Shown: positions 1-11,484 of the stretch, in pieces | How the letters are laid out: every line of letters begins with the position of its first letter | How positions within the stretch are numbered: the stretch's first letter is position 1 | NCBI RefSeq assembly: GCF_018977255.1 | Contig: NW_024704755.1 | Location: 8,866,001 to 8,930,000, forward strand | Direction of reading: 5' to 3' | DNA length: 64,000 bases | Origin: Callorhinchus milii | Taxonomy: Eukaryota | Program-made: the position numbers and the translations under genes | The notes under the pieces: generated by a model | Databases searched by the model: none | What the model was told of the DNA's origin: nothing | The model's input: the letters and a program-made list of their open reading frames with translations, nothing else

Positions 1-282
1 CTTCAAAATGTAATTATCCTCAAAAGCCTTGACGTACTTATAGATCAGTGATTTTCTGGTCTCTATGGTAATATGATGTTTAGAGTGCATTTTGCAGTGG
101 GTATGTTGCCATAAATATATTTGTATTGTAAGGTTTAGTTAGCACTGATGAGTAAGAAGGTACAAAAGATTGAAAACAACTGTTCTAATTCCAATTTAAA
201 TGTAAGACTTTTCCCCAGAAAACAATCTCTATAATATCTCAATTTCTTTTCATTCTCCCTCTGACATAGCTACAACACTATT

Positions 283-675
283 CAGCCTGGCTCAGTTGGC
301 AGCACTCTTGCATCTGGATCAGAAACTTTTGGTCCCAAGTTGGGACTTTGGGCTCATATTTGAGACATACTCCCCAACGCGGTCCTGGGAGACGCTGCCT
401 TTTGGATGAAATGTTAAACGAAAATAATTTCTGCCTGTTCAAGTGGACACCAAGGGTCTTAAGACAACATTTGAAAAGAGAAGAAAGTTTCTCCTCGAAT
501 CCTGGCCAACAAGTCTCCAGAAAAATTGATTATTCATTTCATGACTGTTTGAAAGAACATTGTTGTGTGCAAATTGCTTGTTGGGTTTGCATACAAATAC
601 TGCACTTTAACAGAAATTCTCTGAAGCACTGAGATGTTTCAACATTATAGGCATTATATCAAATACAAGTATTAC
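283..675 (+). mobile_element. Old full-length SacSINE1-like DeuSINE, degenerate
   Basis: tRNA-like head (tggctcagttggcagcactcttgc), Deu-like core (tgtgtgcaaattg) and L2-type tail (tatatcaaatacaag). Confidence 0.75.
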
Positions 676-3094
676 TGTTCACCTCAATTTTGAGTTGGGG
701 GAGGGAATAGAAAGACAATCCAGACTAAGAACATCTACATAAACATTTATCTGTCAGGGAATCTGTTTGTGCTAATGTAGAAAGCCTCTTCCCTCAACTC
801 CAAACACAACACAAATAGAAAAAAAAACATGATTTAAGTAGCAAAACATCTATTCAGCAGGGTCAGTAACAAAGTGTTGATAATTGTTTCTATTAGTACG
901 TCGAAATGATACACTGACCATCGGTTGCTGAATAGCCAAGATGACTTGTGAAAGTTCTGCCGCATCCAATGGTCCCTGTTCCAATACCACCATCTGGTGA
1001 TTCAGAGAAGGTATAGCAGGCGAGAAGAATCCAGTAAAACAAAGGCAGCATTCAACAATCAGCAGACCTGCAAATCATTTTGTGCTTTTAACTTTCAACT
1101 GAACATTTTGCAAACCAGATGAGTTATCAGAAGACAACTGGCAACCTCACTGATGTCCCGCAGTAAGAATCAGCGATTTGAGGAGATAATCTGTGCACAC
1201 TAATCAACTGGTGATCTCCTACAACAGACACATTCACTACATTTCACAGTAAAATCATACGAAGCACTTTGAGATATCTCAATGACACAATAACCACAAT
1301 AACAACTTGCATTTATACAGTACCCTTCACACGGGCAGTGTGTCAGTGTGCTTAATAAGACACAATATCGAACGCAAGGATCATTCTTATTAAATTAGTG
1401 AAAAGACATTGTGATTGCACTTTCATTATTTTCTAAGTTGCCAAATTAATAGATTGAGCAAAAGAAAACACTGAGTGCTTTAAACAATTAAATCAATTCC
1501 TGACTGCATTTAAAAAATAATTAATACCATGTCTTGGGTTTTAACATCTATTCGCAATGCTGACAAATTTCAACTTAATAGTCGATTCATTGATCAGAAA
1601 ATAATTAAATAAATATTGATTGAGCTCAACAAACAGGTTTGTCGAATACGTGCTGTACGCCACGGGGATTGCTGAGTAAAATTAAATAATGAGATTAGTT
1701 GGTACATTTATCAATTATTTCAGCTGTGCTGCGATGAAAATGTACATCTCCAGGGCACTCTCCTGCCCTCTTTTCAGGTTTGTTCTGATCTCTAGGTTTT
1801 CTTCAGGGTCCTCTCCATTTGTTTCACCTGCCATTTTTCTTCTAACTCAGCTGCTTCTGGGGATGGTGCCAAGCTTCGGATACCTCTGACTATCTCCTGA
1901 TTAGCCCAGCCTCCAATTGTTCCTTCTGATCCCAGTCTCTCAGACAGCAGGCTCTGCCCTTCTTTATTACCTCAGAGACCAAAGTGGATCCAATCTGCAA
2001 CCTGTCCCATGAACATCCTGGTCCCCTTATTATGCTTGCATCAAAGAAGGCCCTCTGTAGAGTTCTTTAAAAGCCACAGCTACAACCAGCCTCAATTTGA
2101 AGGGGGAGGGGAGTGGAGTGGAGGGGGGGTAGTGGAAAGGATGTGGAAATAGACAACCAGCTAAGTTGCAATTGTACTCCTGAGATTTGACCTATGCCAT
2201 AGCATTGGGAAACAGCTCATTCTGTGAGAGGACCCGTGTGTGTTTATCACAGCAAGAAAACAAATAAGGAGGAGAGAGAACAGACTTTTGCTGCTGTTGT
2301 ACTGTGAGTTTGATGCCAAGCTCGTGCTGCTATTGGCATGAAACCAGCACAATATTTGTATTATAACACCACTGAAATACAAATTGAGTCAGTTCCAATG
2401 GAACAGCTGTATCCAACACAATGCCTAAAAAATCCAACACAAATATGATCCCTTTCGGGCTTCTAGTTCCCCCAAGAGGAAGTCATTTACCCAAATCTTG
2501 GTCCCACAAGCAGCCGTGAGCTGAATGGTCAATTAGTTTTTTTTTGTCTGACACATGTGGAAACACATCACCCCATGCTTAAGCAGGCTCAAAACAGACA
2601 AAACATACGTATGCCACCTACAGATAGAAATTTGCCTGAGAATGGAATGCACGCTCTCTCCATGGAGGGATTCAGCCTATTTACCTAAACCCAGAGAGTG
2701 TTGGGTGTAATTTGGTGAGAGTCAAGACTCAGAGACCACAGAGGGGTTGGGGTACTGATAGTTTAACCAGCGAAACCGCACAGCTTGCAGTTGAAGCTTT
2801 GTCCGGCAAGCTTCTCACTGCTTATCCAACTGGACCCCCTCCTCGTTAGGGCTTTGGCTTGCCGGATTAAACAAGAGCCAAGTGAGAAGAATCTCTGTCC
2901 CTCCAAGGCCTGCCGATCAGCCGAGTGCCATAAGCAGTGCCCTGGAGTTCTACAGACCCACCTGCTTCAGGAACTGGAAAAACCAAGACTGCCACAGAGG
3001 GCTGGTCTGACCCTGACATTCCATTCCCAATCACATCACCTTGGAGTGAGATCAGTCCCAAGGAGATCCCGTTTACCTTCTACTCCACCGATGA

Positions 3095-3325
3095 TAATCA
3101 CTATTTGGTCAATTAATCTGGAGCACTATTGGCCAGGACACTGGGAGGAACTCCTCGCATATGATTTTTAGAATCAGACTAGACTATAACATCTCATCCA
3201 AAAGGTGCACCTTCAACAATGCAGCACTCCCCCAGCTTTGTACTGGAATAACAGAATAGACTGTGATCTTAACTACCAACATGGAGCTTGAACCTCCTGA
3301 TCCAGAAGCCTGAGCAAACTGACAC
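3095..3325 (-). mobile_element. SacSINE1-like SINE, 5' and central fragment
   Basis: Reverse complement resembles the 283-675 and 57950-58278 copies. Confidence 0.6.
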
Positions 3326-4194
3326 CTATAATACATCCACTCCTGGTTATGAGGAGTCTTAATATCTTGAATTTTTCAACCTTTTGAAAAATCCTATTTC
3401 GGAAAGAATTTCAGACTGTCATTAATAGCTTCAATTTATTCCAAATGCTGGATTACCCAAATCACTGAACTATGTTGGTCTCTGGAGCAATCTGAACAAG
3501 CAGAATAGACGTGTGCTGTGTAAATTTGCAAAGGCAAATATACATTGGTGCAATTAACCCTTTCACCAGCAGTTCTGCCTATACTATAGATGGTGCACCA
3601 TATCAAATTGATTGACAGCAGTGCACAAAGCAAAAATAGTAACACAAAGAGCAGTTCTTATTGCATCATCTCAACCAATATGAGCTGCAGTTTTCACCCC
3701 AGGGTTGTCTCACAACTTGCTCTGAGAGCTGGCCTCCCACTGCTGCCCTCCATATCATTAGTGCTCTCTTAATTCTTACAGGCGCCTATTTTTGTCCCTA
3801 AAGGAACTGAACTTCAATCTTCAATTTAGGACGTTCTGATTCCCTGCTGCCATGGATACAAGCTGCCTGCTACCTCCTGATGAGCAAGACCTGTGCTGGC
3901 CCGCTGGGAACAACCACAAACAGCAAACACTGGCGAATACTTTTCACAGCCATGTACGAATGCTGTTCAAATACTGCTTGCTGCCAGTTGTAATTTGCCT
4001 TAGAAGTATTAAAGTTTTCTTACTGTTCCTGTCAGCAGTGGAATTACCAACATCAATGCAATAAGACAAGAGAATGCCAAAGCAGCAGCAGAGGTGTGAA
4101 GTGTGGATTGAATATAAAATATGACCTGATTTCAGTCATCTGGAAGGAAATGCATTAAAATACAAAGTACTGCAGCAAAGTGAAAATGAGACAT

Positions 4195-4500
4195 TACACC
4201 AAGATCCCAGTGTTTGCAGTTCAGGTGGATATTAAAGATCATAAGAAGCACAGACTGGTGTTCTTTTCAATATTACCCCTCATCCAAAATTTACCAAAAG
4301 AAACAGATTAATTAGTTATTCTTCTCATTTGCTACTTGTGGGACCTCATTGATGAGCTGCTGTTTGAGTGTTTTTACAACTGATACAATAATTTCATTGT
4401 AAAATTGTGTGAAATTTTACACCATGTCAATCATTTCATTGTACGAAATGAATTGTCTTTGAGACATTTTATAAAAGACATTATATCAAATGCAATTTTT
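4195..4500 (+). mobile_element. Degenerate DeuSINE central and 3' part
   Basis: ttcaggtggatattaaagatc...tgtgggacc...tatatcaaatgcaa motifs shared with the other copies. Confidence 0.55.
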
Positions 4501-4925
4501 TTAAAAAAATTGTAATGCAGTGATACATATCTCAATATCAATTTAAACATGAGCATGATGTCTATTTGATTACTTTGGAGCTCAATTTAATTTGCTTCAA
4601 ACTGAATCATTCTCTGATAATCGAGAGGATACATCATAAAGTTCATTTAAGATTTGACTCCTATTGCATATTGTTCCAGGCAAGGTTACTGGCCTCTGTA
4701 ATATACCCAAGACAAAAAGGATGGGGATGGCTTCAGAATAGCCAGATGCCCCCACTTGCTCGGCCTATGCGGAATACGAATACAAAGGCTTTTGGACTGG
4801 GAATTGGTAAAGAGAACAAATTCCAGCTGGATCAGGCAAGAGATTCTACAGATGAGTCAACCGCATGACTGATGGTGAACCTCATTCAATGGATGAATAG
4901 CCACAGTCCCAGAACAGGGACACTA

Positions 4926-5252
4926 AGGGTGAAACGTTGGGCAAGTTTCCTTACTCCACGTGCCTCTGCTTACCTAGCAGTAAGTAGGAACCTGGTTGTT
5001 AGTCAATTGGCGGATCACTTTTCTGGGGTTAATAACTCCTTCAAAAAATAAAATTATGATAAATTGTCACTCAATCCACAACTGTTTGTGGGACACTGCT
5101 GTGTGCAATTAGCTGCCGCATTTCGCCCACAAAATATACAGTCAAATCACTTTACAGTAAAATCTGTGAAGTTCTTTGAGACTTCACGAAGACGGGATAA
5201 GGTGCTATATCAAATGCAAGGATTACGATTATGATTATTAGTATTATTATTA
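4926..5252 (+). mobile_element. 5'-truncated SINE of the young family, longer variant
   Basis: Shares gaaacgttgggcaagtttccttactccac and the whole 3' half plus (TTA)n tail with the copy at 11162-11484, but has an extra internal segment of about 65-70 nt. Confidence 0.85.
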
Positions 5253-5806
5253 TAAGTGCAAGTTGAAGTGCCCAGAACCATAGAACTTTACAGCACAGAA
5301 TACCAATCGGCCCATCGTGTCAACCATAGCGGTTACTCAAGGAGCAGCATCACGACTCGGTATGCAATAGCAATTCAGTTTAGGTCAACGAATGGCATAA
5401 AAGTGCCATGAATCCAACTATTTAAATTGTTCTTCGCTCCTGATAATGGAAATAAATCAAAAGATCAGGATGGTACCGTCCATCAGTGGCCAGTACAAAT
5501 ATTATTCCAACATAGAACAATTTAATTTTATTATTCTGATTTTTTTTTGATCTCTGTATTTTACCACTTTTCGCAATGATTTCTGTTTTCCTATTGCCAA
5601 CCATTTAGACTTCAGTCTCTTCATTTAACACCCACTCAGTTTCTCCATTCAGTTTCCTCTTGGGGATTCCAAAGGTCCAGGGGGCAAGTCTGTAACTGCA
5701 CCAAGCAGCACCCCAAATTCCACCAGAGATTTGCTGCCAGAGAAAATGTATTTAAAAAAATGTCCTCAGAACTGAGACTTGAAAACAGGCTGAAATTTAT
5801 ACTCTG

Positions 5807-5822
5807 CAGTGCCCTCTGCTGC
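5807..5822 (-). promoter_or_regulatory. Candidate CTCF site
   Basis: Minus strand GCAGCAGAGGGCACTG is close to the CTCF core consensus. Confidence 0.45.
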
Positions 5823-6789
5823 TGTGATTTTTTTACCACTGCATTCCACCTACAGTACTTTAATCACTGCTGTGATTTTCCTCCTCTCAGCTCCCCTATT
5901 GTCTGAAAAAAATATGCAACTGAGGCTCTCACACAAAAGACTATTATTTGTCCAGTAATTTTTAAAGGATGGGCAGCGGCCTCTTCCTGATCCTGATCTT
6001 TGAAATAGAGGTGCATATTAATTATTTCTATTCACAACTGTGTCGGATATTGAAACAAAACTAATATTGTACTGTGCCAGAGTAAACCAACCGACAAAAC
6101 AGAATTAGAGGCGAAACTCTTTTAAAAGTACAATAAAATGAATGAACTCTTATTTTAAGTTAGCAATAACAGACCCATTCAGCCCCCTCTGACATTGCAC
6201 TTTACAGTAAAAATCTTGTGAGACACTTTGAGAGGTTTTGATTACGCGATAAAGCACTATACAGTATCCAAGGATGTTTATTATTATTGTTATTATGAGT
6301 TTGTTCTCAAGTAATTGTTGAGTTTGTGCAAGTTTAAATATTTTCCTTTTTCTTAGTTACACAATGTGTTTACAATTTTGTGAATGGGCCAGAAAAAGAT
6401 TTTTGCAAGGATTGGGGGAGGAGAATGAAACAATTGTTTGGTTGTGAAAAGAATGCAGACATAATGTGAATGTGAGGTGAAACTTCATGAATTAACATAA
6501 GGGAGGTGTGCTTATAGGGAAGCAGGGAAAAGATTGCACATTATAATGTAAACAGCGACATATTCTTTCATGAAGGCATTTGTTTGGAGAAATTATAGTT
6601 GCACAATAACACTGAACATCAGCTTTGTTTAAAATGGAAAAAAATTTGCTATATGACTAGAGAGCAGCAATGCAGAAAATAAAGACTTAATATATGTGCT
6701 AAAGGGCATGCACCACCCATTGTCTTTATTGAAGAGAAAATATATCTTTAACCAAGCACCAGTAATGGTATGTTTCCTAATGTCAGGGC

Positions 6790-6955
6790 AACATATCAAC
6801 ATGAAAGAAAAAAACAAAGATGGAAAAGCGTACATGTCGGAGCATATAAGAGTATAGGTGAGGTAAAATAGGGGAACGTCTGGAGTATAAACTCTGGTAT
6901 GGATTAGTTGAGCCAAATAGCTTCTTTTCGTGCCACACCTCTATGTGTCTTCTGT
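6790..6955 (+). mobile_element. CR1-like LINE 3' end remnant
   Basis: gagccaaatagcttcttttcgtgcc...ctatg terminal motif typical of CR1 tails. Confidence 0.45.
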
Positions 6956-9900
6956 GTAGCACATAAAAATAATGGTACTTGCAAATATCAAAAAGGGAAA
7001 CTAATTATGAAAATTCTATGGACTAACCCTTTGAAATCTCAAGCACAATCAGAGAGTGACATCCACTACAGTATAATGTTGCAAATCTTCAACAGAAGAA
7101 TGTTTATTTATAGCACACGTGGCTGGTGCCTCATTACCAGAAATGCATGATAATTGGTGCTCTGAATCCTTTCAGCACAGCCAGAGTCCACTTCTTGCAA
7201 ATCTCAGTTTTAACAGTCAACATAGCTCTCAACATTCCTTTCTGTCAAGCTCCGATTGAAAAGGCAAGTGCAAATATCCTGCCTTCTTTCTCTGACAAGT
7301 TGGAAGTGAGAAGGAAGTGATATTCGATGCAAGATGTGATGTCTGGAGGAGGTAAGCCCTTAGAGAAATCAATTGCATCTCCTGGTAATCAAATTCTTTT
7401 ACTGCACATCAGTCTTCAAAATCCCACAGGACCCTCCTGCAGGTAGAAAAATTATTAGGGAATAACCTGAAGCCTGTAAAGATCACCTCGTATTGACCAG
7501 GAATGGCTAGTTAGTATATCTTTAGGCATTGTAGCCACAGAATACATTTTACCCCCTTATTAGCAGCAGTCCATCATTTAACGCCACAGTTGTTAAACAA
7601 TGAACTTCACAATCCTTCATTGTGGTGCCACAAGTTTTCCTAAAATATGTAATAATTCAGATTTTTTTAGGATTTTTTCCCCCCAGAAATTTAGCCCAGC
7701 TGCATCAGTGCTGAGGAAAAGATGAAAATAAATATCCTGTGATGATTATCTTAATACCATTTCTGTTCTTAACAAAAGTTGGTCATCTATATGAGCAATG
7801 TGGCTAATTATTGGCTTCAAAGCAAATCTCAAAGCTTGATTTAAACCAAGTCAACACATAGACATCCATCCTACAATTACAGGTTGCACAAAGGGCTGTT
7901 TAATTTCTGTTTGTGAACCTTGAGACCACTAATTCCACCAGTAGAAATACAAGAGGTGGCAAAGTGAAGGGAAGAATGAGAATGAGCAAAGATCAGGCAG
8001 ATAGGGATAACAATTTTTTTTCCCCAACAGTGATCAGTTCAGAGGCTTCTCTTACGTACATTAAAGCAGAAGTGTGTAAACACAGCGAAACAGAGCAGTA
8101 TCTAGTGAAATAATCTTCACCAATTGAATATTTTAAAATAGCATTTCGACATTACTTAAACGCAAATAGCTCTTTGTATTGAAAGTATTATTCCATGCAC
8201 CATCATTGTCCTTCAAGGTAAATGTACATTGATCAGGAAGGGAAATTCTGACCAAAGTGAACATATGTGAAGGGTTGCTCCAGTAATTTGGATCTTGCAA
8301 CTTCTGTCCCAACTCCCCGCCACTTCACCCTTCACCAAATCGCCACAGAAGCAAACATTTTGTCATATGATCATGGCAACAACCAGAGAGATGCCTTTTG
8401 GGACCAGCATGTCCGCTGAAGGAGATGAAATGTATCAGCAGAAGTCAACAGCGATCAACGCACAAGAAAAAAGTGTGCCAACAAATGCTTTAATGGCTTT
8501 TGTTACTGCAGTGGAGCAAAGTATTGCATGAGTCAAAAGATTTTCACATAATAAACTTCCTTTGCAAGACACATTTAGTTATAGTATAGAAAGTACATAC
8601 ATGCAGCCATTTTCAAAATATGAAATATAAATGTTTCTTTGTGAAATAGCTTATACTAATAGTTATAACCTAAGTAGTTGGGTTTCTCTTTAAAGTTAGT
8701 CATTTTGTGCACAGAGCCATCCATTTTTATAGATGGAATGTCTGGACTACTGAAAATCCAAGCGGGATAATATAGATCCAAGGAATATGATTTTTGTTCA
8801 TACACAGTCATTAAACATTAGATCAATCTTCCTGTCAAATATAATGCTTTAAGTAAACTTAATTGCTCCAAATCTGCCTTTGCAAAATACAACAGACAAA
8901 TGCCTGTGGGCATTTATGTACAGAGCATCTCCTGCTGTAACACTTTAATAGCATTTTTAATCTAATGGAGCAATGTATAAGATGGGGCAAAAAAGTAGGT
9001 TGATACAATTTCACATTAACACAAAAAATCTATAGCTTTTGTTAACAGAATTTAGAGGATATAATTATTAGGGGAAATAATATGTAAAATATATGTAAAT
9101 AAATTAATTAGACAATAGACTTTCTCCCACATCTTAAAAAATACCATTCCTATTTTCAAGAAGCTTGGGTGATTTATGCTAATTTGACCTAATTTACAAA
9201 CATAAATTAGGTTAATTGCAAAATAGGCTTCCTCTTGTAACAAACCTTTTCAATCCTCGTTTTATGAAATCTGTAGGGTTTGGGCAAAGATACTTTTAAG
9301 GAAATGGTACAGTATACAATGAAGTGTATAGAAGTTTGTCGTCTGGCCAATTTGTAGTTGATTAAATATATATTTTTTGTACCTGATAATAGATTAAGAA
9401 GCTAGTTTAAAAGCTTGTTGATATGAAATGAGCCCACATGATCACGGTATAATTTTTCTTTTACTTTGGCTGCAAGATCATAACTGAGTATTCTGGGCTG
9501 AGTTGGCTTGTAACAAGGATTGATGGCTTGTGCTTACCGCTGCATCAACTGGAAAGAACAGCTGATCCTAGTGGGATCAGACAAGTTTCTTCCTCCATCT
9601 TCTTGCATTGGTCACATACTTTTGTTCCTTCCTGCGCTGCAGCTCCCATCAGCTTGCCTCATCTTGTGCCAAATCCTCCCTCAATCACTGTCTTGTTCCC
9701 CAGATGCTTAAATCATAGCTGCCCCTGACTTCAAACTGTGCAACCAATGTTTAAAAAAGTAATTTCTTTGATGCATTTACACATGAAATATTAAACTTAT
9801 AAAACATCTCAATACCTATCAGTGAATGCAACCCAAGGCTTTGTCATGCACATTTACTCGAATTCTTTTAAAGCCTCATAACCCTCACTCGTGCAGCAGT

Positions 9901-10961
9901 GTCAAGACAATAAATTCTCTGATGGTCAATTTTTACTTCTGCAACTACCGGAAATGCATCGAAGAAAATGACGCATTAAATAAAACCTACTGTACTAGAG
10001 AAAATTCGCAGCTCACAAAAATAGGTGGCCCTGTTATTGGAAGAGAAAAGCAGGGCTATTATAATGCATCTGTAGTTTCTTTGGGCCATTATTTGCGACT
10101 TTGATTGACAATCCAATACTGTATCAGTAATCCCCTTGGCACCCAACTTCAGCAATTTGTCTGTATGTCATTTGCAGCTCAGAACAGATACTCTGTGGGT
10201 TCCACTGTTGGGGCCAGCAGTGTCCATTCTGATTGTGAGGAATCTGACTGTGCAGTAACACTGAACAAATTCAAGACACATCTGGCAGGTTTTTATGAAA
10301 GTTTTCCACCTCATTTTAAGCAAGGTCAACTTATCCTCCAAGCTGTCTGCTTTAGCTGATGAGGCAAAATTTCAAAAGAGCATTTCAGCCTAGACTATTT
10401 CTAATTGTACAGCATGCTATTTTGATGATATCGGACTGGGCGTTATACTGCATTTAACTGCTCTCTCAATGTTGCTCACCGCAATTTGCATTGTCGAGAC
10501 AACCTGTCATTTAAAGAAAAAAAAGAGGAAGGATATGAAAGTGTTGCTCCCTGTAAACCTTCACAATAAGATATGAGTAAAGTTTCGTTTCAACTGACAT
10601 TTTCCAGAGAAAGATTGTGCTACGTTTGTGCTCTGCATTGCATGGATTTTGTGAAAAGAAAATTCAAGTTATCGAAATACTGGACCAGGGATAATTTTGT
10701 GTTTTCATTTTTTGGCAGTTTAATCATATATAGTCCATAGACTCAATTATTGGCTGTATGAATATCTAAAATGTGCAAGGGGGGTGGGTAGGAAAGAGGT
10801 TTAACTTCTTGATTGATTTTACACTGACCAAACTCCAAGTGGCAAACAGCGGTCAATAAGCTAAAAGAGTTATTTAAAATAGCTGCAAGTTATTTTAAGT
10901 TGGTTACAATTTTCACCCATGGCTTCTGGTTGCTCCACATTATGCACTTAACATCTGTATA

Positions 10962-11092
10962 AGCAGTTCTCCCCAGCACTGCAACTGGAGTGTCAGCCTG
11001 GACCATGAGCACAACACTCAACAGGGGGGGGTTAAGCTCATAACCCTCTGACCCAGAGGCAAGAGCATTGCCAACCTAAACTGAGCTGAGCT
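10962..11092 (-). mobile_element. SacSINE1-like tRNA head fragment
   Basis: Reverse complement reads gctcagtttaggttggcaatgctcttgcctctgggtcagagggttatgag...ggctgacactccagt. Confidence 0.6.
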
Positions 11093-11161
11093 CACACATT
11101 ATAAAATATCAAAATACTGTAAAGAGAGACGCAATCTTCCTGTTGCATCAATCACCATATT

Positions 11162-11484
11162 ATAATAATAATAATAATCCTTGCATTTGATATAGCGCTT
11201 TTCACGTCGGGAGGACGTCCCAAAGTGCTTCACAGAACACACTGTAAAGTGAATTGACTGTATATTTGTGGGCGAACGCGGCAGCCAATTGCGCACAGCA
11301 ATGTCCCACAAACAGTCGTAGATTGAAAATGACCAATTTATTATTGTTTTGTTTTTTGAAGGGATTATTATTAGGCTCTGTGTGGAGTAAGGAAACTTGC
11401 CCAAGGTTTCGCCCTCTGTCTGGAATTGAACTCAGGTCTCTCGCTTGCAAAGCGAGTGCTCTAACCACTGAGCTACAGGACTCC
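11162..11484 (-). mobile_element. Young full-length tRNA-derived SINE (Deu-like core, L2-type tail)
   Basis: Head GGAGTCCTGTAGCTCAGTGGTTAGAGCACTCGC-TTTGCAA-GCGAG with Pol III A box and B box GAGTTCAATTCC; TGC (Ala) anticodon loop; (TTA)n tail; nearly identical to 14959-15282 and 54330-54663. Confidence 0.95.

Noticed and set aside
2785-3171. 128-aa ORF with an IKQE motif
   Set aside because: Non-ATG start, no recognisable family or splice partners, and its 3' end runs into a SINE.
11410-11484. tRNA-Ala(TGC) gene (also at about 15210-15282 and 54590-54663)
   Set aside because: Acceptor and T stems are imperfect, and the sequence continues into a multicopy SINE body and (TTA)n tail. It is a SINE head, not a tRNA gene.
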